Shown here one piece after another: positions 13,001-30,290 of a DNA stretch of 64,000 nucleotides; the first letter of the stretch is position 1; each line of letters begins with the position of its first letter. Below the pieces are notes generated by a model. The model had not been told where the DNA came from, searched no databases, and saw only the letters and a list, made by a program, of their open reading frames with translations. The DNA is from the human T2T-CHM13v2.0 reference genome, Homo sapiens: NCBI RefSeq assembly GCF_009914755.1, contig NC_060932.1. One strand, given 5' to 3'. The translations under genes and the position numbers were made by a program.

Positions 13001-13379
13001 TAAAGATGAGTTTATTAAATTAAAATTTACATACAGTAGCATTTGTCCTGTTTACATATATAGCTGTGGAAACCAGTTTAGAGAGAGAAAACAACTTTTT
13101 CAAGCATGTACAGAGAAGAAATAGCAGACGTCAGGATTTGAACCCATGTTCTCTATTGCCAGAGCCTGTATACTAAACCACAGTCTACACAGCCTCCACT
13201 CTTCTTCTGGGAGTCTCTGGCTCCTCATCTGTCAAATGAGGAAGCTGACAAGATGCTTTCTAGAAGCTCTGAGAGTGCTGTTGTGAGAGACTCCCATGGT
13301 GAAAGGCAGGGGAGCACTTATTCAAAGAAATCCTTCAGTGTGAAGAGAGTCTTTTTGAAATGGAAATTTTTGCGCCTCC

Positions 13380-16266
13380 TGTAAGTATTCAGCCTATTTG
13401 TGATATATTGCAGGTCTATGTGCCTGGTTAAGTAGATTTGCAGCTCATGATATCTCATTTCAATTGAGCTAATTCTTACAAAATGGACAAGTGATTTAAA
13501 TGATTCCGTGAAGAAATTGCAAGCTGTAGATAATATTAATGATGTGAGGCTAAGGAAACAGCAGGAGAATGGCTGACTTGATACCCCTGCAGCTCCCAGT
13601 GCTTGCTGTTTTTCAGCTAATTACAGGGTAAAATTAATGGCAGTCTAATGACATCAATCACAAAATTGGTCAGAAGACAAAAATTATTAAGAAGACTATT
13701 TGAAATATGGCCTTTCATATTCATTATCATTCATGATTATGCTCTCCTGAGTGAATATTGTGTCTTGATAAAGCTAAGGAGAATTGCCATTGCAATTGAC
13801 CAGCATTAAAAAACCTAAGGTTTTTCAACTGTTCAAAGTCATGAGACACTCACTCCAGCTCTTTACACATTTGGATTAAATTTGATAATTTTCAATTTAT
13901 TACTTAACAGTGAAAGTGAATAGCCATATTCCATTGGCCAAACATTATTGCTCTTGACAGTCACTTATCCTTGTGACTCTTGACAGTCACTTATCTTTGA
14001 AAAGATAAGTGAAAATGGTTGAAGAAATACCTAACAACTACATTCCTTAGTCATTAAATACTGTTGGAAGATGCATCAAACTTGTTGTCAAAGAGCTGAA
14101 GAAACAAATATTAAAACAAATAGTTTAGTGTGAGAGGTTTGCAATGCAGTTGCTCAAAAGTACAGATGTTTCTGACACATTTCAGCTTTTGTCATTGCTG
14201 GATTCTTCTTTTCAATAATGGAATACATTGGAGGGCCCTTTCTTGTGAGCCATTAAAGAAAAAATGTACCAGAAAGAAATATTCTCAATAGTCAGTTAGT
14301 TTCTTAACAAAAGCAATGTTTTTGGTATTTGTGTTGACTGGGATGAAAAAACTAGGTAAGTTTCCTGAGCTAGCACCTCATGTGAAATTTATTTACTGCA
14401 TTGTCCACATCAAGCTATTTAAGCAAGTAAGTTAAAGTCACAAGAGAATAGAGCACAATAGGATGTCACTGATGTGGACCAATATATAGAGGCAAGATGT
14501 TTAAAATATAGCAGAATCTTAACAATACTTTATAATTAGATAGGAAATAAACCTGAAATATTTTGTGCATGCAGAGATTCCCTCATTCTATTTTGGCAAA
14601 GTATTTGAAACAGTAAGTGAACATAAAATATGGGTTCCAAATTATTTGATCTTTTCAAGGATAAGTGACTGTGAAGAGTAAGGTATAGCAGGTACATTTG
14701 AAAAAACATAAACCTACATTTAAATTACCCTATCAGGGTAAATGTCATGAGTTAGTAATGAGTGAAATTGTAACTGATTTTCAGAAGAAACTTGTAAACC
14801 ACAGTGAGATGCCATTGTGTATGCACCAAAATGGCTAAAATGAAAAAGATAATACCAAGAGCTGACAAGAATGTGGAACAATTAGAAATCCCACAGTGGT
14901 GGAAGTGTCAATTCATAAAACCTGTTCAGGCAACTGTTTGGCAGTATTTAGGAAGGCAGAACATAAGAAAACCCAATGACCCAGGAATTTAATTCTAGGT
15001 ATACACCAACAGAAAGCATACAAATGTTCATCAAAAGACACCAAACTGTTCATAGCAGCACCATTCCTCATACTCTAACACTGGAAATGACCCAAGTGCT
15101 CATCAAAGGTAAAATAGATAAACTTTTTGTTGTGTATTCACACAAGAGAATACTCCATGAATGAGTGATCCACAACAATACTTGGTGATAGGGACACATC
15201 TCACAAATGAGATTTTGAGAAAAAGGAGCCACACAAACAAAAGGTTTTGTCTGGTGTGATTCCACTTACGTGAGGTTAAAAAGAAAACTCAGGCAAAATT
15301 AATCTGAAAGTTAGGATAGTGGTTGTCCTTGGGTGGAAAAGAACTGGCAAGGGCATAGAGAGAGGCTCCTAGGGGTGCAGACAATGTTTTGTGTCTTAAT
15401 CTGTTTCCTAAACAAGGCATGTTCACGTTGATCTGTCCACTTACATGTACACTTTTCTGTGTGCGTATTCTTGAATAAAAAGAAAAAAAGTCACTTGTTC
15501 TGTGAAGACACGGTTTGCGCAGTGATGATTTGAAGCAGTCTCTGTGTTAACATTGTTAAACATAATGTGTATAAGCCACATCTCTATTTCTGAAGAGATT
15601 GAAATAGAATAATCTAGCCTGTTTTAAATTTCCAAATGAAATGTTTCAGTGCATATTGAAGTATTTTTAAAACTTTTCAATAAGTTGTGAGAAAAATGGA
15701 TTGTCACCAAGAAAGTTGGAAATTTACTAGCCAAATTTCACCAAGACCTTTGCCTAACTGGTAGATGGAATTAAAAAATAAAAAAATAAGTGTTATGACT
15801 GAATAGGTCAACAATGCTGTATTTCTTTCATTTGGATCTATGTATCTTTTTGAGACATCTTTTCCAGCTATGACAGCCATTAAAAGCAGGTATCAGAACA
15901 AATCAAATTTAGGACCAAACCATCAATTACTATGTCATGAAGATCAAACCAAGATTGAAAAAAAAAGGAATGCATGTTCAAAATCACATTGTGCTCGCTG
16001 AAATAATTTTTATTCTTTGAAATTTTTTATAGGAAAGCAAAAAAGTTGGTTAGGTGTTACTAAATAAAATAAATATTAAAATTATTTAATTAATCTCGAC
16101 TTCAATGTTTAAAACTTACTATTATGTAATTGTATGACATATATTAGAATAATAGAGTAATAGTATCTGTACATAAATTAAAAATACACAGGCATATATT
16201 GGAGGTGCATGCTTGAAATTTTGTTATTGATATAGGGCCAGATTATAAATAGCTCAGAGAGCACTG
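13380..16266 (+). mobile_element. Charlie2-like hAT DNA transposon with fossil transposase, interrupted by L1ME
   Basis: aaaatggacaagtg start, decayed AT-rich transposase-like body with no surviving ORF, terminus ggtgcatgcttgaaattttg...agagcactg. Confidence 0.65.
14798..15490 (+). mobile_element. L1ME-type 3' end
   Basis: ccacagtgagatgccat...aaaatggctaaaatgaaaaaga ORF2 tail, old 3' UTR, ends aataaaaagaaaaaaa. Confidence 0.75.
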
Positions 16267-16309
16267 GCCTATTCTCTTTCCTTAGGGTAACAAATTCTCT
16301 TTCCTTCAG

Positions 16310-16545
16310 TAACAGGTCGATGTGAGTTAGGAGCCAGGGAGATGAAGATTTGAATCCTATTTCTGCTGATTACTAGATGTCTGATTTTGAACACTTAGTC
16401 AGTGGATCTGGATCTGGGTTTTTCATTAGTAGAATGAGAATTTAGCACCTCTCTGGAAAGGTTTGATAAGATACTTCAATGAGTCAATAGATGTAAATGT
16501 CTCAGTACCTTGACTAGCCTCTGGAAGTTCAATCAATGGTCACTG
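16310..16545 (+). mobile_element. MIR
   Basis: tttgaatcc...tttttcattagtagaatgagaat core, degraded. Confidence 0.55.
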
Positions 16546-16569
16546 CAACAGTCACGTTGTTGTTTCCTG

Positions 16570-16725
16570 GTGTTTTCTAAACTTACCTCATAATAACCAT
16601 CTCCTGGGTGCTTGTTGAAAATGTGTGGGCCTCACTTCAGATTTTCTTCGTGGGGATTTGTAACTTGTATCTTTGGACGGTCTCCAGTGATTCTTACTAT
16701 CAAGTGAGTTTGAGAAAGACTGATT
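16570..16725. mobile_element. MER5-like MITE
   Basis: gttttctaaactt ... agtttgagaaagactg inverted termini. Confidence 0.55.
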
Positions 16726-17439
16726 TAGAAGGTGTTGAAGCCATCTTTCCTCTAATGATTGTTCTCTGGGACCAGTCTTCTCTCCTATGTGCCATGAACT
16801 CCCATAGGACCATCTCTATCCCTGACAGTCTAGCAGGGAGCTCTATAAGCCACTGAAGAGCAATGGGTGGTGACAGCCAAGGTGAAAGCTCCACAATTAG
16901 GATGATGAGCAAAAGCTGGTCCCAGTGGGCAGAGCACAGCAACCAGGAGATGAGGAGAGGCACCAGGCTGAGATCATGGTGTGAGAGGGGTACATGAAGA
17001 AGGAGGAGAAACTTCCCCCTTGGGCCTGGGGCTCAGTAGCCTGCTTGATCGTCACACAACTAGGATCAGAAGTAGGATTAGATCCCTGGGGGAGCTGGAT
17101 GAGGGCCATTGGAGGCAACGCATGGTGCCCAGGCACACTGTCAGGCTCCGTGTCGTTGAGACCTAGGTTCAAGTGGGAGCCAACCAGAACTGACACATAA
17201 AATCAGATAAGTCCAGGAGTAGGATAGACTTGTGCTTTGTTGTTTGATCCTGATGAAGATTCTTCCGTTCCATTCCCATTGACTTAGGACAGATTGGTTC
17301 CTGAATTGTATGAGGATCAAGCAGGCTACTGTGGGTTGACCTATGCTAGGTGCTCAATGAGCGCATGCACATTCAGCATGCAATTAGGTAATCACACTTA
17401 TTCTTCTCTTGTCATTTTGTCTTCTGTGCATCTACTTTG

Positions 17440-17730
17440 TTCACCTAGGCCCTTGCTTTGCTTCTCCAGGGATGATGGCCTGGCTGAGCCGCACCGCGCA
17501 GGCGCTCTTCCCCAGCGCAGACGCCCTGCTCTGTCCTGACAGTCCCGCGTTGCCCTCAATCTGAAGGTATGGATAATTAAGGTAATGAACACTTTTCCAC
17601 TAGCTGCTGAAAGCCTCATTAATCTACACACATGTTGCCACAGGCAAATTATGGCGTCAAGGGTGGGAGGATCAACAAAAATAACTTCAGAAATTCATTA
17701 ATCAGACTTAGTCAAACACATAGTTTGGAA
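17440..17730. promoter_or_regulatory. Candidate regulatory element (CpG-retaining core with NRF1-like and homeodomain motifs)
   Basis: 8 CpG in about 60 bp, GCGCAGGCGC 17496-17505, TAATTAA 17574-17580, CATTAATC twice. Confidence 0.45.
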
Positions 17731-18009
17731 CTGAGTGTTCTTATCCTGCGATGATCAGAGGATTCGATTTTTTTTTTTTCCAAAGACATGAAAGGGACTT
17801 CTTAAGCAATATTTGGGAACATCTAAGTTATTGTACTGGCATTTATGACTCTAGTGGTTGATGCTAATGGAATCTGTCCAAAGACTTCAGTGTGGAGGAT
17901 TCCATAAATGCTGAATATGCTACGGTGGATGATCAGGGTTTCTAAATATGGCAGAGGGAAAAAAATGGTCATGAGATCACACAGAGAAACATACCCAGTG
18001 AGGACAGAG

Positions 18010-18297
18010 ATGACTAATGCCACCAAATATTCATTTTCTCCCCGACATGTCATAGGTGCCCTTGCAGTCAGGTTGGAGCTACAGAATTATTTGCTGATTT
18101 GCGTCCCCAGCCCTCTCCTTTTTTGTTGTTGTGGTAGCCTTGGAGGACTCTATCCCAGATGATAAAATACAAGAGCGAAATTTTTGGACTCATCCTGGTC
18201 TTTGTGTGCATGAAAAATAAAGTTGTATTACGTTAAGCCACAGAGATTTCCTGACTGATAGGTTACTGCAGCAGTCTACCCCATCCTGACGAATGCA
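18010..18297 (+). mobile_element. Old MLT1 (J/K-like) LTR remnant
   Basis: aataaagttgtattacgttaagccacagagatt...gttactgcagca...cctgacgaatgca 3' end. Confidence 0.6.
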
Positions 18298-18552
18298 TCA
18301 GCCACTTCACTTAAGGCTGAGCACATTTTCTTTCAAATACGGTTATTAGGCTGGTTGTACCATGATAGCCTCATGATCAGAGTGTCTGATTCCAGCATGG
18401 CTTTCAAGAGGATTTTTATGAACAAGTTGGGGTATTCTCTGGACAAATTGGGGTCCTGGGTGATAGATAATAAAACATCTAAGCTACTTGAATAAGGATC
18501 TACCCTAAAAGGGAAGATTAGCAAATAAACATGAACCTTAAGAGAGGATATC

Positions 18553-18881
<329 letters not shown>

Positions 18882-19582
18882 TCAACACTTTAAATAATGG
18901 TTTTAGAGATGACAGAGACACTCTGCTTTTTAAGCTTGTCTGTGCCACAGAGAAATAACAGGCTGAGTATCTGGACTGACAGATTCAGGACACAAACTCT
19001 GGTAGGTCAGAACATGGGCCTAAAATGACAAGATAGGAGAAAAGCATCTCAGATAAATATGTGTGTATGTTGATTTGAACTGAAGATCATAGGAGAGGAG
19101 GGATGAGGTTTAAAGTATTTTGAAAATAGCTAAGTAGACCAGTATTTTTAGAGGGTAAGGTAAAAGTCAATGGGAAATAAGGCTGAAAGTGGTTTGGGGC
19201 TTGAAGGTGGAGAGCCATGAACTTCATGCCTAAGAGTTCAGGCAATGGGGAGGCATCAACAATATTTGAGAGAGGGAGTGACATGATCGATTTAATCTAA
19301 TTTTTTAAAAACCCTTCTTTTCATTGCCAATGCCCACTCTCTCCTTTCCTCCTAGCTGGTTGGAGGACACCCATGAGGGGCAGGGTCCATTTGTTAAGTT
19401 TCAGGCACTAACACATTAATTGATTCATTTAACCCTTACAACCATGAGAGGTAGGTTCAACTATACTCATTTTACAGATGAAAAAACTGAGGCTCAGGGA
19501 TGTTATAAAATTTATCCAAAAACATTCAGCTCCTCTTGGACTGGATAACACGGCATGTGAATGGGAAACCCCAATGGTACTG

Positions 19583-20076
19583 CAGGTCGAGTATCCCTTA
19601 TCTGAAATGCTTGGGAGTAGAAGAGCTTCTATTTGGGATTTTTTTGGAATTTTGAAGTATTTGCCTTTACAAAATAAGATATCTTGGGGGTGGGACCCAA
19701 GTCTAATGTAAAACTCATTTGTGTTTCATATACACCTTATTTACATCACCTGAGGTAGGTAATTTTATACAACATTTAAATAATTTTCTGCATGAAACCA
19801 AGTTTTTATTTTATTACCCTTTGTGGGTGTGCTTGTGCTGGAAAATCTGGTTGGGTGCAAGAAAGCTACATTGCAGCTGAAGGGGGCTGGGAGGGCCTTT
19901 TTTTCCATTTGGTAAACTGAATAATCTGTGTGTTATTTGCTTGACTTTTGATGGCATTCTGTCACATAAGGTCAGGTGTGAAATTTTCCACTTGTGGCAT
20001 CGTGGTGGCCCTCAAAAAGTTTTGGATTTTGGGGCATTTTGAATTTCAGATTTTCAGTTTAGGGATGCTCAACCTG
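19583..20076 (+). mobile_element. Tigger4b/MER46-like TcMar element
   Basis: TIRs caggtcgagtatccct and agggatgctcaacctg. Confidence 0.82.
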
Positions 20077-20289
20077 TGTAAACATTGTTCTACCAGGAAG
20101 AAAGCCATATGGAGGAGAACAGATCTGGAGCCATTGTAGAGAAGGGGAACCAGAGCCTAATCAAGCCTTACTTGAAGGCTATCCTACTGCTGGTCGTATT
20201 AGTTGTGTGTGACAGTGAGCCAATTTGAGTTGTGATTTCTAGACAAGCACACCAACTGGTGCAAGCATTTGACATCTCTGAATTATTGG

Positions 20290-20910
<621 letters not shown>

Positions 20911-20914
20911 AGTT

Positions 20915-22335
<1,421 letters not shown>

Positions 22336-22339
22336 AAGC

Positions 22340-22800
22340 CATAAAGTGTGGCACTTAAGAGTGTATGCTAGAGCCAGGCCACTTAAGTTCAAATCCCAGG
22401 TCCAATATTTATTACCTTCCTGACCTTGGACACTTTTTAACTTCTCTGTGGATCAGTTTCTTTATCTGTAAAAGTGTGATAATAGATCACTTGTACTATG
22501 AGTCTGTGGGAATGAAATGAGTGAATATATATGAAGCTTTTAGAATCTTGCCCAGCACATAGTCAGCACCCAAGAATTGTTAGTTCTTATCACTTACCAA
22601 ATAATCAAAGAATGTCACATGCAGGATGCTCATGATTTACATGCAGGTTTTATGTTTACTAATCCTGTAGGTATGTGTTAGTACCCTCACATTACTAACA
22701 AGGAAACTGAGGCTAGAAGGCCATGTTCACCCTCATCATGCAGCTGGTGAGCTTTAGAACTGGGACTCAAACCCAGCTGTGCCTGGCCCCAAGGCTCCTT
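22340..22800. mobile_element. Two MIRs in opposite orientation
   Basis: ttcaaatcccag...cagtttctttatctgtaaaa (+) and aaggaaactgaggct...gggactcaaacccag (-). Confidence 0.7.
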
Positions 22801-22947
22801 TTTTTGGGATCAACTTGTTTCTAAAGTCCTCCAGGGCTCTAATAATCTCTCATTCTCAGTAATCCCCCTTGCCTACTCCAGGGATCTATTTAGGGGCCTG
22901 GGGAAGAGGTGGGCTAGGATAGAAAAGGCAAAGGAGAGGCAAGCTAG

Positions 22948-23345
<398 letters not shown>

Positions 23346-25074
23346 GGTGCTGGTTTTTTTAAGCCCTAACTTGAGCTCTCAGAGACTGACATCCTTTCCT
23401 GGCTCACCTTAAAGGATATGGGTTTGATTTATTAAGAGGGGCTGGGATATCCTTCTACTGGTGAGGTAACTGAAGACCACAAGTCTAAAGTTGATTTGAG
23501 GGGTTAGGGGGTCACCATGGTACATATATATATGTTACACCAATTCAGAGGTGTTGCACCCATCAGTGGATCTGAATTCATGGGTGCTCAAGGGCCTGGT
23601 TGAAGTCTCTGGTAGCTTTCTTTGAATATAGACACTTTACTTTGTGAAACCTTGTCTTGCAAAATATTCACAATAATACCACCACCACCAGCAGCAGCAG
23701 CAGCAACAATAATTATAAAACAATCAGGGACTCAGGCTTTTGCAATGAGAATTTAAAAGGTCATATTTCCCTTTTCCATCCCCTTTCGGTGTTGGATGCC
23801 CCACTCAGAAGAAAACATGCTCTTAGAAGTGGAGTTAAGAATCAGGAGCCCAAGGACAGCCTCGCAGCCATAGCTTGGGTGTGTCTCTGTCTTCCTGGGC
23901 TCCAGAACTGGGGCCAGAGATTGACTAAGTGTAAACACAGCTTTAAACAGTGAGCTCAGAGGTGGAGTGAGCAATTCTAGAGTACAAATAGACCGACTCA
24001 TAACACAACCCGATATCCTTCAAAAACATTGTGAGTCCACAAAACAGTGGGAAAATAAATCTCTAAGTCAGAGATACAGTAACAAGTAATTGTCTTAAAC
24101 TAACTGTTTAGTGAAATTTGGGACCACTGGTTGAGTCCATGTTGGTTTAGGGCATTTTGGAGGGCCACTGGTTTCCCTTCTTGGCCAAATGATGAACCAA
24201 AAAAGAAGAGATGTTTATCCTTTTTAGATCCATGGAAACATCCGCTACTAGGTGGAGCCTGTGGTCTCTGGCAATGCCCTGGAATGCCCTGGAATGGTTT
24301 TTTCCTTCCTGTGGGATCCCAGATGAGATGAAAGGTCATGGCCACTGTTCTTAAACCAGGTATGTCAAGTCTATAGCCCCATTTCCTGAAGATGGGTTCT
24401 GCATTTGCACAGAGGTCAACAAACACCAGACAGGGCATCCTTGCTGAAGGCACTTCTCTTTAGGAAGCCCACCTGCTTGCCCTTTTTGCCATGAATGTTT
24501 CCATCAGTAGTAGAATCAAGGAAAAGTGTTCCGTTGTTTTCCAAGTGAGACAAAATAAAATTGCGATTGAATTTTCCATGGGCCCACGATGTTTACTGCA
24601 GAATAGTGTTATCTGTTTCCTCTGTCTCCTTAACCCCACCATGCATCTTTGCTAAGCATGCCCAATAATTCTTGTACGTCTTACTATGTAGGTTGTCAGC
24701 TAACCATACTCCCATCCCTGGGGTGACCCAAGAACCAGGGAATCTCTGGGGCTTAGGAACCAGGTACTGAAGACATTGAAGATTTCTTTCTTTAGCAAGA
24801 GGTCTGAAATCAGTGTGGGATACATTATGCATTCTAGAGGGAGACAAAGGGTATGTGAAATTTCTGACTGGTGTCTTTCTCTTAGTGTTCTAATATTTTC
24901 ATCTCACTGAGATGAGGCATCCCCAAGTGTGAGAGCCTTATGAAGCTCCTAAAACAGGTGGATAAAGAAAGCAGCCTGAATGGTGTGCGCACAGGCAGAG
25001 CAGTAGCTGCAATGTGGATCACAGAGAGAGGGCTTGCGGGCATGCCCTGCACCTCACGTCTTTAGCATGTCAGC

Positions 25075-25445
25075 ATACTGTAGCTGTCAGATCTGAGTTC
25101 TTATTTCAATTCTGCCACTTCTCAGTTTTGTAACTTTGGGCAAATTATTGCTCTTAGCCTCAGTTTTCCTACCTGTAAAATGGGCATGATATGTTGAGAA
25201 CATTACCTGTAGTCACGTATATGAAGCATCTGGCATATACCCTGCACATGGCTTAAGCCCCCTTTCTATTAACCCCAGCTCTGAGGATTTGTTATATCTT
25301 GTTCAGTGAAAATGGATAGCGTCTAAGTTTGAAGAAAGTTAAGGAAAGTTAAGGAAGTCTAACTTCCTCCTTTATAAATGAGGAATCTGAGGCCAGAGAA
25401 GTTAAGCCATTTATCCAAAGTCATGGCCCTGAGGTCTTGACTTTT
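25075..25445. mobile_element. MIR fragments (+ then -)
   Basis: gcctcagttttcctacctgtaaaatggg and aaatgaggaatctgaggccagagaagttaag. Confidence 0.65.
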
Positions 25446-26301
25446 TATCCAGTGATTGTTTCATGGTTTGATGCTTCTGTGGAGACTGAAGTTGCTAATA
25501 CATACATTTCAGTGAGCAAAACAATTGTACAAGGTAAGAAAATACCACTCAAAAGAATTTTTTTTCCACGAGCAGGTACCACTATGTGCATGTGTAGTGC
25601 TGCTGGTGGTGGTGGGTTGTCAGTGAATTAATTACTGAAGATGCCACAGAATCATGGGTCCCTGGGGACAAAGGTGGATACAGGAATTCCCTGGGCATTC
25701 TCCAGGGCTTGACCACATCTATGCTTAATTTGGAGTATTTTGTGAAGACTTTGTCTTGAAGAATATTTACTAGGTAGTTACAAATTGGAGGAGAGCTTTC
25801 TGAAGACAAAGCTAGCTGGGTGCCATTAGACATCACAGGACCTCAAAGCAATGTTGACCAAAATGTGTTCCCAGATCCTGGGTAATGAAAAAAGCTTCCA
25901 TGGTCATCACAGTGACCTTTTATTGTATATTGCCTTGTGAAGTTCATTTCCCAAAATGATTTGAGGACCATCTTTTTCTTGTAATTATCATTCTTTGTAG
26001 CTAGTGTTCCACCATTAATTTTTAAAGAAACTATTAGCTTAGGGACATAGATACATGCAGACTATCAGGCAACACTTATGCATCAGTGTGTATTCTATGT
26101 AGTCAGAAATGTATTGGCCATTTTATTACAAGAAATCATGCAATACAAAAAGTGCAAGCCAGTGGGACTTCTCTGAGGAAGGACTCACTGGAAGATGAAG
26201 CTCCTGGTACTGCACAGATGTGTGCTAACAGTTGAATATGAGTAATGCTCTTTAAAGCAACCAGTATGCTCCACTACTTGTTACCAGTGGTTCTTTCATA
26301 T

Positions 26302-26488
26302 TGTCCTAGTCCATTTTGAGTTGCTATAGGAGAATACCTAAGACTGAGTAATTTATAAATAACAGAGATTTATTTCTTACAGTTTTGGAGGTGGGGAAGT
26401 CCAAGGTCGAGGGGTTCACATGTGGTGAGGGCCTTTTTGCTGTGTCATCCCATGGCAGGAGGGTAAGAGAGCGTATGTGTGTGTGTGC

Positions 26489-26534
<46 letters not shown>

Positions 26535-26721
26535 AAGAAGGGGACCAAAGTCATTCCTTTATCAAGAACCCACTTCTGGGAGACATAACAGCATTAATTC
26601 ATTCATGAGGGCAGAGCCTTCATGACTTAACCATCTCCTAAAGATCCTACCTCTCAACACTGGTGCATTAAGAATTAATTTTTCAACACATGGACTTTGG
26701 GGACTCTTTCAGCCTATAGCA
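26302..26721 (-). mobile_element. MSTC/MSTD-type solo LTR with (TG)n(AG)n
   Basis: tg...ca termini; perfect TSD catat (26297-26301, 26722-26726). Confidence 0.88.
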
Positions 26722-26764
26722 CATATTAATCTAGTTGAGTCAGGAAATGGGATGTTTCAGCTAA

Positions 26765-27034
<270 letters not shown>

Positions 27035-27930
27035 TAGTCTTTCTTAGATGAGTCTGAAAGTCCTCTGGGAGCTAGACATGACTCCAAGGTCACAATTGTG
27101 GACATCCATTCTCACTGGGTGGCCGATAGAGGGAGAGAATGCACATGGATGGGCAGACCTGACCAAGGATGAGCTCTGAAGTTGTTCTTTGGGACAAGGT
27201 CTAGGATGCTGTTTTTTTCATCCCTATGGGGATGCAACTCCCACTTGAACATGCTTTCTACATACTATGCCACTGGGAAGTTGTCAGTACTTGCATTGCT
27301 ATTTCCATTTTAGATGAGGAATCTGAAATGAAGTGCCTTGCTCAAGGCTATGGAGTGGATAAGGGAGTTACCTGGGACTACCAGGGAGTTCTCTTGACTC
27401 TGATTCCAGGTTTCATTCTCATGCTCTGTGATGCCTTTCATTAATGTAGAGGGCTGGGAGCACCTTGGCTACTCGGACACCATGGAGTAGCCAGACAACA
27501 GGTACAATCTGCCTCTTTAAGTCTGTGGATCTGTTTTAGAACCTCATAGCCTTCACTTGGGTAGAACAAGTCCGTAGGTAAAGTCTCAATAATATTCACA
27601 GTAAAAGTTTAAACAATTAATATTTTAAATTACAATAATACATGCTTATTGTTGACATTTTAGTAAATACATATATATGCATTTAAAGCACACAATTCCA
27701 CCAACCAAATTATTTACATACTTTAATGCTATGTTCTTCCAGTTTTTCTTTAAGTATAAAATACTGGTATCTTTATGATTGTGTTAATTATTTTGTATCC
27801 TGAAGTTTCACTTGTTTATTATGATCTTGTTTATATAATTAAATTTTCTTAAAAATATTTTTAATGGTTTTGTAGTATTGGCGTAACATAACCTCTTTAA
27901 ATCGATCCCTAATTCTGAATATTTAGATTT

Positions 27931-28437
<507 letters not shown>

Positions 28438-29741
28438 CTGGATTACACTTTTAAAACAATATATTTACAGATATTTTTATACAACTGTATAGGAACCTTT
28501 ATATAATTTTCCTAATATTTGCTTTGAAGAGATTCCTTAACTTTTTTTTTTTTGAGTTAAAAGAAATGAACATTTCGAAGATTCTTTATACATCTCATCT
28601 TCACAACTTGTTTTAAACCTCTTCCATAGCTTCAAGCTATGGTCCTGCTTTCTGGTTCTATTCTTCATCTTACTCCCTGGATGCGATGCCTTCATGTTCT
28701 TGGCCTGCTTTCCTGACACTATCTACGCACCTGTTTGTTATTCTGGGCTATAAATTTCCCAACCAAATCTGGCTTAGCTCTAGGTCCTGCTGGAATTATC
28801 TTCACTCCTCTTGTGGGAAATTGGATGGGAAGGAGAAATTGGACTCCTTCGTGAAAATTCCCTCCACATATTCATCCAGTAAAAATGTATGAAATGCCCA
28901 GTGCCTGGCACTTCTGGAATTCTCTCCAAAGATGCCATCCTGTTCCCACACTGTCATGGGAACAATAAAGGGAACCGTGTGGCCTCCTGCCATCTGCGTG
29001 TCTCCATCCCAGGGCGAATGCTTGATTAGTGGGGTGGTACTGCAGGCCCGGATCCTCAGGAGTCATCACTTTTCTTCTTGCCACAACTCTTCTTTTGCTC
29101 AACAGTGCCTTAATGGCTCAGTCACTTAAGAGTGCAGTCACTTAATAGCCCTTTCTATCAATTTTCCCATCTGCAGAATGGGGACTGTGATTCTGGGCTG
29201 ACCGGGTGTTGTGAGCATTAATGAATGTTTTGAGGCATGTTGAGATCTGTAGATAAACAAACCTCAAGAAGTACAAAGTGCTAATGAGCCTGTTGCTGAG
29301 CAGCTCGCTTTGAGAGACTGCTTTCTTTCCCACAGAGGAGGAATCAGTTCCTAATCCCTGGGCACAGATGTTTTCCAGCTGCTTTTGGATGAACCAAAAC
29401 AGTGGATTCCAAAGGGAATTTTCCCTGGACACATGCAGCTCTCAGGTTAATGGAAACCTCAGAATTAAGTCTAAAGCAACACCAGAGTAACTCCCAAGTT
29501 AGTTTGCCCGGTGACAGCACCACTTGGTAGAGTTTCTTGGCACTTTCTGCAACAGTGTTTGCCTGAGTGTGGAATGTATACTACTGATGACACACAGATG
29601 CCTTTGATGGTGCGTGGATGAACTTTTAATAACTTTTCACAGTTATGCATTTTTTGGTGGTTATTTTCTATCTGTAGCAAGTGATACTATTTATTTATTT
29701 ATTTATTTAATTATTTGTCACAACAAGAATAACTGACATTT

Positions 29742-30290
<549 letters not shown>

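Noticed and set aside
13470-15950. Domesticated hAT/Buster-like transposase gene
   Set aside because: No transposase ORF of 60 aa or more survives, and the element is split by an L1
23556-23587. Inverted repeat gcacccat...atgggtgc
   Set aside because: An 8-bp stem is expected by chance or from a decayed MITE; no support for a structured RNA
23678-23712. (ACC)(AGC)(AAC) triplet run
   Set aside because: Short, and not in a supported coding exon
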